From NCBI RefSeq assembly GCF_006345805.1, contig NC_043024.1:744001-808000 (forward strand): a stretch of 64,000 nt of DNA, given 5' to 3'. The position numbers were made by a program, and so were the translations under genes. Under the pieces are notes generated by a model that was given only the letters and a program-made list of their open reading frames with translations, ran no database searches and had not been told where the DNA came from. The stretch comes from Octopus sinensis (Eukaryota). Shown piece after piece: positions 48,371 through 61,284 of this stretch (within the stretch, counting starts at the first letter, position 1; every line of letters begins with the position of its first letter).

Positions 48371-48488
48371 CTGCGATGGTGGTGGCGGCTGCTGCTGTGG
48401 TTGCTGCTGCTGTAGTCCAATCATGTTTGGAGTTGTGTTGCTACCAGCAGATAAGTCACCTGTTTCTCCTTTTCTTTCTAAAGGATAT
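48320..48488 (-). CDS. CNOT2: CNOT2 exon containing ATG 48424 and a polyQ/P tract
   Basis: Acceptors tttctttcAG (exon starts 48488) or cctttAG (starts 48477), donor AAG/GTAACC; ...NTTPNMIGLQQQQPQQQPPPPSQQQQQQQQQQQPPKARK; 1476 nt of spliced CDS from 48424 to the stop is open. Confidence 0.85.
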
Positions 48489-48850
48489 CTGAAAGAAACA
48501 GCGTTTAAGGCAGCCACATTTACAATTGGTTTTAGATTTGCTTTCTTTTACCATTGGTTTCATGGCAGCCTTAATTCACAAATAAACAAATTAAATATCC
48601 CCCAATGCCGTGTTGAGCACTCATTTCATCGTTCTACATTTACATATATTACACACACAAAAGACATACCCTCTTCTTTTACTCGTTTCAGTCACCTTCA
48701 AGGGATTTTTTTTAGTCACACAAATCAAGCTTAGGACCTATTTTTTAAGCTTACCACTTATTCTATTGGTCTTTTTTTGCCAAACTGCTAAGTTACAATG
48801 ATATAAACATAACACCAGTTGTCAAATGGTGAGGGGAGGGGGCAAACAGT

Positions 48851-48883
<33 letters not shown>

Positions 48884-48899
48884 GTATATATATATATAC

Positions 48900-49398
48900 A
48901 CATGACTGGCTTGAACGGAACCAAACGGTCAACGCGGAACTATGTTCAACAGATGGAGCGACTCAGCACAGCTATTCAAGAGAGAAAACCTAATCGTCAG
49001 CATGGAGGTCTTCTGCTGCATGACAATGCCCGCCCTCATATCGCCAATATGACCAAGAAAGCCATTCAAACGCATGGCTGGGAAGTGCTGCCACACCTGC
49101 CGTACTCTCCTGATTTGGCACCAACAGATTTCCACCTCTTTCGATCTCTTTCAAATGCTATGCACAGAGTTTGTTCAATACTGATGCAGAACTGAGAGCT
49201 TGGTTGGATCAAATTTTCAAGTCGAAATCTGGTGATTTCTACCAACGAAGTATTGAAAAATCTTGTTGAACGTTGGGAAGAAGTTGTAAACAACAAGGGT
49301 GAATACATTATTAATTAATTAGTTATTTTTTTTTTATTAAACCTTTGAAAAAATTTTAATTTAAAAAAACAGCAGGAACTTAGTTGTCAACCGAATAT
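48900..49398 (+). mobile_element. Mariner transposon 3' half with catalytic-domain remnant and TIR
   Basis: LLLHDNARPH...GWEVLPHLPYSPDLAPTDFHLFRSL, then ERWEEVVNNKGEYI; terminus GGAACTTAGTTGTCAACCGAATA. Confidence 0.92.
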
Positions 49399-49447
49399 TA
49401 TAAAGAGATGCTCTCTCTCCCTCTCACAAAAATGACATTATACTTAC

Positions 49448-49483
49448 TGAGCATTCCAGGAAAAGTGGTCAGCTCCAAATCTT
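49448..49483 (-). other. CNOT2: CNOT2 36-nt upstream exon (5' UTR or N-terminal coding)
   Basis: tttcttctatctacAG acceptor, GTAAGT donor; contains an ATG at 49454. Confidence 0.65.
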
Positions 49484-52279
49484 CTGTAGATAGAAGAAAA
49501 AAAATATTTAGTAAACAGTTCGAAGTAAAAATATACAAAAAGTCACTGAATAAGTACATTTTTTTAATAAACTTTTGAACTCTTCTTTAGAGATAAAAGT
49601 GTTTTCTTCTGATATTTATATCTACTCACTAACCCTTGAACAGCAGCAAGAATTGTATGAATGTGTGTCAAATGGGGAAAACACAAAAATATATTTATTT
49701 TATCTTAATGGCGATTTTTATACTTATTTTTGATTTATGAGGCAAAAACTATGAAAATGATATTTTAAATGTTGGGTTCTAAAAGTAAAGACAAAAGGGG
49801 CAATAAAAGAAATTTTAGATTTGCAAATTTAATATTTTATTTTTTAATGAAAATAAGGCAGTGAACTGGCAGGAATTGTTATCAAACCAGGCAAAATGCT
49901 CTGAGGCATTTCATTTGTCTTAAGTTTAAATTCTGCCGAGGTCAACATTGCCTTACGTCCTTTTGGGGTTGATAAAAGTACAAGCTGAGCACCGGAGAAG
50001 TAGGGGGTCAATATATATTTCTTTACTGCCCACAAGGGGCTAAACAAGGACAGACAAAGGGAGTAAGTCAATTACATCGACCCCAGTGCGAAACTGGTAC
50101 TTTATTGACCCCGAAATGATGAAAGGTAAAGTCGACCTCGGCGGAATTTGAACTCAGAACGTAACGACAGACGAAATACCGCTAAGCATTTCGCCTGGTG
50201 TGCTAACGTTTCTGCAAGGGGGTCAATATAATCAACTGACCCTCAAACCCAAAATTGCTGGCCTTGTACCAGCAATTTTTATATTAAAATGCTGGAGAAA
50301 AATCTGTGTATGTTTCCCCGTCCAGAGCTATTTGAAGCATCCCTTTCTTCTGTACTTTCTAAAGCACCATCATCATCATCATCATCTACCTTATCTGATG
50401 ACAAAAACCTCATCATTGTCACTTGGTTTCTTCCATTCATAAGGACCACTTTACAGTTAGGCACGAAATAGATGCTAAGCTATCTACCTGATTAGTGGCC
50501 ACATCCATGTAAAAAATTTTGGAACATCAATTGAAGATGTCTGCTGTTTAAGGGTTAACCCTTTCAATACCAACCCAGCTGAAACCACCTCTGGCTCTGT
50601 AGTACAAATGTCTTGTTTTCCTAAGCTTTGAATTAAAATCTTCCACCAAACCATGGTCACAATTTATGTTCTTAACACTAGTTTAATGATAACGAAGTTA
50701 TTTTACTAAAGTCTTTGTTTTATTTAAATAAATACGGTAACGAAAGGGTTGATATTACTTTTTCAACTCTGAAGATGAAGTTAATATTCATAAAAGAAAA
50801 TCTCATTGACCAGAAGTTATGTTGGATGATTATAAAAGAACCTTCTGCTTTCCATTTAATGATTGGCAAGTCTTAATATAGCACCAAAAATATTTCCTCT
50901 ACAACAGCCATCTTTAAAAGTAATCATGCCAAAGATTCTTCTCCCTCAGTTCTGTGAAAACCTGTCTGACCATGAAACAGGTGAGGGTTAATGACAGGAA
51001 GGCATTCGGCCATAGAAAATCAATCTCAACAGATTCAAACTTGTGGTAAAGTGGATGTTAAAACAATGACAATGGTGATGACTGCTTATCCACAAAATTT
51101 CAGGCCCTGTGCTGACATGAAAACAATTTATGAAGCAAACGTTAATCCAGTCTATAAAGGTTTAATGCTTGTTAAAAATTATTATTATTACATGTGAAAA
51201 TCAAAATATTTTAGATTTGCCAAGAGTGTATTTTAGACTTTGCTTAGTCAAAATCATAAACAATATCAGCTGTTAGTAAATATTTGTAATAATTCACTAA
51301 ATATTTGTTTGTTATTCAGCACCAGGTAATAACTCACATTTGGCTTTCATTTGGTTCTTACTTTTGAATAGCAGTTGACCAAAAACAAGGCTACTATGAA
51401 AGGTACTAATGCAAAACGGACATCAAAATAGATTTGTGTTAACTCCTCATGAACACAAGATTACACTAAGTCAAATCTTTAGCCTTCAGATTATTCTGTC
51501 AAATGTTTACTTTCCAACCACAAGCGTGCCAGGTTCAGTCCCACTATGTGGCATCTTAGGCATTCTTCTACTATGGCCTCAGGTTGGCCAAATCCTTGCA
51601 ATTGGATTTGGTGGACAGAAAATGAAAGAAGAACACGTGCCATGCAGCGAGGCTGAACCGAAGACCAAATGGTCAGGGAAGCAAGCTCCTTAAACAGTAG
51701 GGCTCATGGGGTCGGAGCGTAACCCATCTCTCTGCTTCATTTCATGTTTGTATTTTGTCCTTGTATCTCATTCGATTTCATTATATTTTGTAAAATTTTA
51801 AAAGTCATATAATCATTGTGTGTCTGACCCCAATCAGGCTGTATTGTCCCCCCTCTATGTTTGGGCCCTTGTGGCTAATAAAGAAACAGGAAGCAAGCTT
51901 CTTAAACACGCACCCACGCCAGCTTCGTTGCTCTTCCTCCAGATCCATCTACACGACACCAGCATCGGAAAACAAATGTTGCAATGATTATTATTAGAAG
52001 GATGATTAAGACTACAGAGAATGGAGAAGGGAACAAATGCAAACAAATGTAAAAAGGGAAGAAAAAAATCGATAACCGGAAAGATAGTTTGTGATAATGC
52101 TACTTAGCTCCCGGCCAACCTTGTCTGAGCAGCTCTATAATCAGAGGCGTTCCAGTCATGACCACCTCATCAATTATGTATCTAGGACTGTTTTGCCCGA
52201 CATATTACTTCTAGTCACTCAACGGTAAGGTTGGCTCCCTCGTTTCTGAGCCAGATGCTTAAATTGGTTTTACGACTAT

Positions 52280-52315
<36 letters not shown>

Positions 52316-52342
52316 TGAACACACACACACACACACACTCAC

Positions 52343-52700
52343 CGTCCATGTTAATTACACGCAAACCTCGTAATCAATCGTCTAATTAATCAATGTATAG
52401 ACCACAAAACGCGAACTCATAACAATGTACAGTGCCCCCCTCCGCGCCCCGCAAGCCCCCACAAAGCCATTATATTTCAGACTGGACACATAAACAATCA
52501 ATCCCACGATCTTGTCGGGTTTTATTTCTATGAACGAGCGCAGAGAAGCAATGAAAAGACAAACGTTGTTTATTTTATTGCTTCTGTGTGAAGTGAATTC
52601 AGAGCAACGAGGAGACATCGTGAACCGTTCTCGGCTCTCACTCGTCCGCTCACCACATCGACCACGAGCCGCCATAAGAGCCTCGCTACGTGGACGACTG
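52343..52700 (-). promoter_or_regulatory. Candidate alternative first exon/promoter of CNOT2
   Basis: CpG-rich island with a GC box (GGGGCTTGCGGGGCGCGGAGGGGG on -), ending AACATGGACG/GTGAGT donor at 52342; 5' boundary unknown. Confidence 0.4.
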
Positions 52701-52910
52701 ATCTGCTAGAAATAGTAACCAAATTTCCCTAAAATCACACTCAGCCGAACTTAAACAAAAAACAAAAGAAACAACCTTATTTATTCGTGATTAAGTCACA
52801 CCCTTAATTCAGTTTTAAGTCTGAGCACAAAATTTTCCCACCTTCATAGTTGTGGATATTTGCACCCTAGTTTTTTTGCTTTGTTTTCACTATAAAACAG
52901 TAGGACTTAC

Positions 52911-53110
52911 CAGTAAATACGGCACATTGGATAATTTAGACAAGGAAGACCACATTGGATTCATTCTTATATAAATAAAAACTGGACTGCCACAGCTAGA
53001 ACACCTTCGATCATAAAGCTGACCTGGGGCTAAACAACTCGAGTAAATACCATTTCCTACATAAACTTGAAACCGGAAATTCTCCAAAGATTTTCCTTTC
53101 ACTGTTCTTG
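52911..53110 (-). other. Candidate CNOT2 5' UTR exon
   Basis: tttttcttttAG acceptor (53111-12), CTG/GTAAGT donor (52910); all internal ATGs give short uORFs. Confidence 0.45.
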
Positions 53111-54854
53111 CTAAAAGAAAAACATGAGCTGCCAGCACCGAGTGAAACCAACGACATTAAAGAGAGTCTTGGCTGGAACTTTCGTCTTAACTCTTAATTT
53201 AGGAACAAGGCCACACTCGTTGCAAATGAGACAGTGGTCTTTCTCCCAGAGCAAGAGACGGGGGGGGGGTGCAGTTGTAATTAACACTGCACAAGACAAA
53301 AGCATTGATTTATAAAAAACTTGTTGAACATTTTAAAATAGAAATAAAAGTACGTTTTTTTTATTTCTTTTGTACGTGTGTTCTTGATAGAAGCAGGTGT
53401 GGAAAAGATTAAATATTTCTGAAATTTTAGAGAATAACTATTTAAAATGGGGGGGGGGGACGTGACGTTTAGAACTGAAGAAAGTGAAAATGTCAGAGTG
53501 ACTAAAAAATAAGAAACAAAATGAAGTCTCCTAATTGCGAAGGAAAGAAACGGGGGGGGGGGGTGATAGTCATGGAAGAAATATTTCACCTGGACAAAAT
53601 TATACACACTCACACACACACACATACATACATGCAGATATAAGACACATGGTTTTAATCTCAAGTGAAATAATAGGCTCACAATTAGCCGGGCATTGGC
53701 AAGTTTCACGAGTCTGGTTCGATTCCCGTCTGCATTCCGTTTCGCTTCGGGTTGCTGAGGTTCTCGCAAAAGGCGTGAATATCACACGAGCTGATATTTA
53801 TTTCCCTTCCCCCGAGCAAATTCCTGCAAAGTCTCGTGTTTAACTTTACTATTACTGTTATTAAAAAATCAATAACAATAATATTAATCGAAAGCTACAA
53901 TGATAATTTAGTTTCGGATAACTGTGATAATTTGCAATGGCTCTAAGGAAGATAGAAAGAAAAAGACCCCAGCACCGGTTCAATAGATTAAATTCACCAT
54001 CAGCACCAACACTATCATTAAACTTACACCAGATTATTTCTATTTACCGATTAAAAGCACACAACTGAGATGCGAGCGGAATCGTGTGTGTGTGTGTGTG
54101 TATAATATATATACGTATACATAAAGGAACAGTAAATATGTTGGTTGTGTTAGCAGGAAAGTGAACATTCTCCAACTACAGAAAAAGAGAGAGAAGAGAG
54201 ACAGGGGGGGGGTGGAGCGAAACGAGATTGGGGGGCAGACACAGAAAAGAAACACCAGCACAACACATAGACCAAAAGGGAAACGAGGGACAGGCACACA
54301 AAATATATATATATATATATATATATACAGGGGAAAAGAAAAAAAACAATTTAACAAGCACTCAAATTGCAAGGAACAAAACCGACAAAGAGAGCAACAC
54401 AAAACGAAATAAACATTCAATTTAATATATGTTCGCGATTCGCCAACATTTACAAAACACAGATAATAAATTTATATATATATATATACACATACACACG
54501 CATATATATATATATATATAATTCTATTATATCCAAAGCATTTTTTAACCCAATATATGTACATTATTATAGCTTTACTTGCTTCAAGATCCACCATCCT
54601 CCCACAAAAAGATGTGTGTAAGAAGAAAAAGCGATATACATACGAAATAAGGTGGAAAAAAATAAAAAGCCCCCAGAAAACATACAGATTATGTGTTTGT
54701 CCATAAATATAAATATAATGTCAGAATGTATATAATTACACATTGATGCGTGCGTGTGGAGTATGTGAAGAAGTATAAAAGCCAAAAAAAAGCAAACAGA
54801 AAAAAGCAGGAAGGCATGTGCCCCCCCCCCCTTTCTGGAGCATGTTTTAAATAC

Positions 54855-54957
54855 CTGGAATCATCGAGGAAGGTGCTTTGTGTTTAAAGTATCTCACAAA
54901 TAAAGTGTCGCTTGTTGCGGGTGGAAGGGTGGAAAGTTGGGGCGGAATGGCTCTGGT
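54855..54957 (-). other. Candidate CNOT2 5' exon
   Basis: tcttcgttctcAG acceptor, CAG/GTATTT donor; a further donor GAG/GTATTG at 55047. Confidence 0.35.
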
Positions 54958-55279
54958 CTGAGAACGAAGATTGTTGAAGTGGAAAGAGAGAGAAATTCGA
55001 GTCTTCAACTGTTTTGGGGGAAAATCAAGAAGAAACGAAGACAATACCTCCTCACTCACACGCAAAGATATATACACACACACACATATATATACATACA
55101 TATATATATATGTATATTCAGACATGTATATTGCACACAGAGATGTATGGTTGCATACTACGCGTGTATAATATATATATATATGTATGTATATAAATAT
55201 ATATCTGAGCGAGTGTATAATAAATATTATATAATATATATATTTATAGAAGATTGTCAAGTTGAAATGATTTACGAAG

Positions 55280-55365
55280 ACAACCGGAAGTGTTCTTATA
55301 GCTCAAATTTAGACGGAACCGGAAATGGAGAGCATGGAAGAAGGCTTTTAAAAATGGTGGGGGGT
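55280..55365. promoter_or_regulatory. Housekeeping-type promoter motifs (ETS, YY1-like)
   Basis: ACCGGAAGTG (~55283), ACCGGAAATG (~55318) and AAAATGGTGG (~55351) in a CpG-enriched, TE-poor region upstream of the CNOT2 5' exons. Confidence 0.45.
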
Positions 55366-56059
55366 CGGAGGAGAATAAAATGAAAACAACTCGATTAGCA
55401 GGGGGGGGGTGTCGAGTTTACGCAGAAAAAAAAATTAAAGGGGGTGGAGGGAGTTGTAGCATTTTTTTTTTTAATAAAAAAAAATAATAATATTTGGCTT
55501 AATAATAATAATAATAATAACGAATAATTGAATAATTAGCGGAAAATGAAAGTAGAGAGAGAAGAAGAAGAAGAAGAAGAAGGAGGTGGTGGTGGAGTGT
55601 CATGAATGATGGGTAATAATGGATGGGTCAGAAATTACGGATGAAGAGCGAGTCGGAATGGCAAGTCTATTTTTATTGTCTTGTGGAGTCAGATGATGAA
55701 ATCTCGTATCGATTTCGACAAATGAGAGTTCCAGTTGTTCCGTGAATAAAACTACCTTATTCTTTGTATGAGTGGTTGAGTACACCACGGAAACTTATAG
55801 CCACAAATGTTAATCTTCGGAGAGACTCAACGTCACACTGTGTGATAAATAAGACTAGGGTGTCTAGTTACGGTTGAGGTTTATAACAAACGGGTTTCCG
55901 CGTTGTTTTCGTCGATCCAGAATATAATAAATAGAAGGGAGAGAGAGTAGGATCGATACCGGAACCAGGCGAGTGGGAAAGGAATTCAGTGCCATGCTCC
56001 TACTCACTGGAATTCGATTACGAATAGTAGCATAGCCAGACACACATACACACAGTCAA

Positions 56060-56090
56060 AAAGACAGGTAGAAAGAAAGAAAGAGATAGA

Positions 56091-56170
<80 letters not shown>

Positions 56171-56204
56171 AAGACAGATAGATTAGATAGATAGATAGAT
56201 AGAG

Positions 56205-56235
<31 letters not shown>

Positions 56236-56545
56236 TAGATAGATAGATAGATAGATAGAAAGACAGATAGATTAGATAGACAGATAGATAGATAGATAGA
56301 AAGACAGATAGACAGACAGAGAGATAGAAAGACAGATAGATAGATGGATAGATAGATAGACAGACAGACAGAGAGATAGATAGACAGACAGAGAGATAGA
56401 TAGAAAGACAGATAGATAGATTAGACAGAGAGATAGACAGACAGAGAGATAGATAGGTATATAGGGAGATAGATAGATGGACAGAAAGATAGATAGATAG
56501 ACAGACAAGTAGATAATCAGAGAAGACACACAGACAGATAGAGAT
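56060..56545. repeat. (GATA)n/(GACA)n compound microsatellite
   Basis: Direct reading. Confidence 0.97.
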
Positions 56546-57149
56546 TGAGGGGATAGTTATAACCCTGCCTATGTGTGTTTGTACATCTGTGTGTATATAT
56601 ACATATGTATGTCGGAGTCTTTGCCCCCTTCATGTATTTCTCCCTTTCTTGTTCCCTTTCCCCTCACACTTTTCATCCATGCTCACCCTTAAAATGTGGG
56701 ACAGCTCTGGAACCCTCTCCTGCACACGAAACCTCATCATCCTCCTACTCTGCCCTTCCTTTTAGTCACTAACCCACTCTCTCTTATTCTTTCCTTATCC
56801 CCTCCTTCAACAGGGTCCTGTTCCTTTCATTAGACCTCACCCTCCTATAACACCCTGCCTAGAATCATCACACCCTCTCTCTCTTCTAGGAACCAAATTT
56901 GGCCCCAAGTCTTGTAAGTTGTAAGACAACCTCATTTGCGCCAATGCCATCAAAGAAAGCCTTATTGTACACTATAAAATGGGTGCTTTAAGGGTTAGTG
57001 GAAGCATCCAAGTGCAGAAACCCTGCCAAAGCAGATACTGGAGCAGAATGCAGGCCCACAACTCGTATGGTCCTATTAAACCATTCAACCCATGGAAGAC
57101 AGATATTAAATAATAATGATCATCATAATCATATTCATTTTAACATACA

Positions 57150-57910
57150 CGTAAATAGCACCAACTGATCGTGGTCGTTGCCAGCCTCCTCTGGCCCCCG
57201 TGCCGGTGGCACGTAAAAAGCGCCCACTACACTCAGAGAGTGGTTGGCGTTAGGAAGGGCATCCAGCTGTAGAACCACTGCCAGATCAGACTGGAGCCAG
57301 GTACAGCCAGCTGGCTTCCCAGACCCCGGTCGAACCGTCCAACCCATGCTAGCACGGAAAACAAACGTTAAACGATGATGATGATGATGATATATATATA
57401 TGTGTGTGTACAGAGCACCCAGTGCAGGCGATAAAGTAGTTGGTGTTAGGAAGGGCATCCTGTTGAAGAAAACATACCAAGATGGACAAGTGAGCTTGGT
57501 GCAGCCCTCAAGCTTGCCAGCTCCTGTCAAACTGTCCAACCCATGCCAGCATAGAAAATGGATGTTAAATGATGATGATATCTGTATGTATGTATGTGTC
57601 TTTGTGTTCGCATTTGTCCCCTACAACCTACCACTTGACAACAGGTGTTTCTCACATACATATATATATACACATACACATATGTATATACAGATAAACA
57701 TATATAGACTCCCCTGGCACCTGTGCAGGTGGCACATAAAAAGCACCCACTACACTCGCGGAGTGGTTGGCATTAGGAAGGGCATCCAGCTGTAGAAACA
57801 CTGCCAGATCAGACTGGAGCCTGGTGCAGCCCCTGGCTTCCCAGACCCCGGTCGAACCGTCCAACCCGTGCTAGCACGGAAAACAGACGCTAAACGATGA
57901 TGATGATATA
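57150..57910 (+). mobile_element. Cluster of three (GAT)n-tailed retroposon 3' ends (SINE/RTE-type tail)
   Basis: GGTTGGCGTTAGGAAGGGCATCCAGCTGTAGAA...CCCATGCTAGCACGGAAAAC..ACGTTAAACGATGATGAT repeated; same family at ~19.4, 27.2, 36.4, 40.8, 45.1 and 62.7 kb. Confidence 0.85.
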
Positions 57911-58464
57911 TATATATACATACACACAACATCTTTTACCTTTTACTTGTTTCAGTCATTAGACTGTGGCCATGCTGGGGCACACAACACACACACAATG
58001 GTCTTCTTCCAGTTTCTGTCTACCATATCCACTCAAGTGGCTTTGGTCGACCAAGGGCTACAGTGGAAGACACTTGCCCAATGTGCCAGACAGTGGGCCT
58101 GAACCCAAGCATCTCAAACACACGGCTCACACCTGCACTTGTCTGTTGAAATTCCCTTCACGGCAAATCTTCCAGAAGCTCTATACTTTCGATATGTTTA
58201 ACAAAAACTTGAAAAACAGGTAAAGGTTGGAGGAGGAAGCACTTGTGGTCGTAGGACAATACTTCAGCAATGAATCCATATTGTCATGGGAAAAACGGAT
58301 GTGAAAACTATGGACGAATGTGAGCCAAGAGAAATAGGTTTAACCAGTGGCACAAGCTCAGACAAAGAAGACAGGTAAAGGTCTATTAAATGCCATACAA
58401 GATAAACAAATATTTGAGTTATAGAAATTATCTCGTCTGTTCTTTTTTTTTTTTTTTGGCTTTT

Positions 58465-58850
58465 ACTTGTTTCAGCCATTCAACTGTGGCCATACTGGGG
58501 CACTACCTTGAAGGGTTTTAGTCAAACAAATCAACCTCAGGACTTATCTTTGTTTTTAAGCCTAGTACTTATTCTGTCGACCTCTTTTGCCGAACTGCTA
58601 AGTTACAGAGACATAAACACACCAACACCAGTTGTCAAGCAGTGGTGGGCAACAAACAAAGACACATTACACACATAGATATATACATTATATATTCTGG
58701 GCTTCTTTCAGTTTCCATCTACCAAACTCACTCACAAAGCTTTGGTTGGCCTGAGGCCATAGAAGGAGACACTTGCCCAAGGTGCCATGCAGTGGAACTG
58801 AACCCAGAACCATGTGGTTGGAAAGCGATCTTCTAACCACACAGTCACAC
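58465..58850 (-). mobile_element. tRNA-derived CORE-like SINE
   Basis: Reverse complement of the family at 60880-61260. Confidence 0.8.
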
Positions 58851-59256
58851 CTGTACCTCTCCTTCAGATCTTGTTAAATCTCTTCCAACCAATTGAGGTC
58901 TTTCAAATTTTCACCAAATCATTTTCAAAGAATATAAGTTCTGATGTAATTCTTGCAGGCTAAACACAAAAATCACTTCCATTATTTTCTAGAAACTAAT
59001 AATAATGGAATTACAGGTATTTAAACCTAGGTTATTTTAGCAAGTCAAATTCCTCCAATATATATATAAATATATATATCAAGAACAATCTTACTTAGAA
59101 AGGGATGCGTGTGTTCTGTCATATAATATATTAATAAATAAAACATATGCATATATACATACATATATGTACGTACCTACCTCTACATGTATATATACAT
59201 GCATATATGAGTACAGGACACCAAAAAAACGTTGAACACAATGAGAAACGAAAACA

Positions 59257-59466
59257 TAGACACAAACCCAAGGAACTGGACATTTTTCTTAAACAACAAA
59301 AAAATAGAGTACAGGACAAATAACACAAGGAAAAAACCCCTTCTCCAGTCGTAGAGTAGATGAAACCATGGTGACTGGAGAAGGGTTTTTTTCCTTGTGT
59401 TATTTGTCCTGTACTCTATTTTTTTGTTGTTTAAGAAAAATGTCCAGTTCCTTGGGTTTGTGTCTA
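59257..59466. repeat. Long inverted repeat: 94-bp arms, 22-nt loop, 1 mismatch
   Basis: 59257-59350 is the reverse complement of 59373-59466. Confidence 0.95.
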
Positions 59467-60879
59467 CATATTCCATCGGTGTGTTTTTGCCAAACTGCTA
59501 AGTTACAGGGACATAAACACACCAACACCAGTTGCCAAGCGGTCGTGGGGGACAAGCATAGACACACACACACAAAGACGGGTTTCTTTCAGTTTCCATC
59601 AACCAAACTCACTCATAAGGCTTTGGTTAATCTGAAGCTATAGTGGAAAACACTTGTTCAAGGTGCCATGCAGTGGGACTGAACCTAGAACCATATGGTT
59701 TGGAAAACAAGCTTCTTACTACACAGCCACAAACAAGAGGACAGGTTTAGATATTACGGAGATGTACTTGCATAGCAAGTGATTTGATCTGAGATCGTGT
59801 GCTGGAACGAAAACAATTGCAGCGTGGAAGGTGTTTGTAAGCCATTTAAGAAACACACAAAAGCCGTTCAAATCACTCCAACATTTAAGTTTAATTTGTC
59901 AAAATATTTTCATCGCTTATAAACACCTTTCATGGCTTATAAACACCTTCCACGCTGCAAAGGTTTAGATATGTTTCTGTGTTAGTGGGTATCATCAGCA
60001 CAGCGTTTTACCCTGACTCTAGCAGACATAAGACATAAACAAAAGGACAGAGAAGAGTTAATGACTTTTGTGTAATTAAAACAAAAATTAGCAAAGAGAA
60101 ATAAGTTAGTGACCAGTGGACATGGATTTTGACAACAAAGACAGAAGAGAAACACCATATTTGTTTCTATTTATATCAATTTGTGTATTTAGATTTATAA
60201 TGTAATATTTTTAAACCCACGTTTAGAAGCAACTTTGGATATAAAAAATGAAAAGACACTTTGCGTAGAACTCAAAGAACAAAGACAGAAACAGGTGCAT
60301 TAATGCACACATGCACACACACACACACACACCAAAATAGCTTCTTTTCAACATATTAAATTTCAATTCAAACACCTACAGACATTTGAACTATTGACCT
60401 GCAGATAATGATGTTTACTCACTCTCCTATAATTTATCATACATTTCTCTATCCTCTTCCTACCACTTTATATACTTCCCTCTCCCCAATCCCAACCTAC
60501 TCCCTCTTCTTGCTCTCCATCTCTCCTTTCTCTCCACCTCTTCCCTTTCTATTTATTTCTCTCCCCTCTTATTTGTTTATTCCCCCTGTTGTTTTCTTAT
60601 TCTATTTCATTCCTGGTTCTCTATTCAATCTCTGAACTACTTTCACAACATTATTTCTAACACAGTTACCAATGCTGACCCAACGCTTGTCCCCTGTGTG
60701 CTTTTCTCTAACCTGAAACCACAAACCAAACAACCTTATCTCCTTATTTGTCCATCAATCCATTGAATCCAATGTACTTAATGGCCTTTCTTAATTTTCT
60801 ACACAAATGTATTCTTGCTTGTTAATTACTAAAATAACATCCAGTTTTTTGAGAAATCAATAATAACAACAACAGACAC

Positions 60880-61260
60880 AGGCACGGCTGTGTGGAAAGA
60901 AACTCACTTCCCAACCACATCATTCCAGGTTCAGTCCCACTGCGTGGCACCTTGGGCAAGTGTCTTATACTGTAGCCTCAGACTGACCAAAGCCTTGTGA
61001 GTGGATTTGGTAGACGGAAACTGAAAGAAGTTTGTCATATGTGTGTGTGTGTGTGTGCGTGCTTGAGCCTTTACCACCACTTTACAGCCAGTGTTGGTGT
61101 GTTTATGTTCCAGTAACTTAGCAGTTTGGCAAAAGAGACCAACAAAATAAGTACTAGATTTTTAAACAAATAAGACCTGGGGTTGATTTGCTTGACAAAA
61201 AAAACCCTTTAAGGTGGTGCCCCAGCATAGACACAGTCAAATGATTGGAACAGATAACAG
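60880..61260 (+). mobile_element. tRNA-derived CORE-like SINE, near full length
   Basis: GGCTGTGTGG...GGTTCAGTCCC...CACCTTGGGCAAGTG (CORE-like motif)...GGATTTGGTAGACGGAAACTGAAAG, internal (TG)n; other copies ~11.5, 21.1, 28.9, 37.3, 41.1, 58.0 and 59.6 kb. Confidence 0.83.
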
Positions 61261-61284
61261 ATAGAACAATAACAGATAGAAATA

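Noticed and set aside
48902-49195. Functional mariner transposase or SETMAR-like fusion
   Set aside because: The 5' half is missing, it is frameshifted after the catalytic motif, and it is antisense to CNOT2.
53630-53740. tRNA gene (GGTTCGATTCCC B-box; ATGCAGA/TCTGCAT complementarity)
   Set aside because: The T-stem pairs poorly and no D or anticodon arm can be built; at most an isolated B-box.
56272-56529. 85-aa YLS-rich ORF
   Set aside because: Translation of the (GATA/GACA)n satellite.
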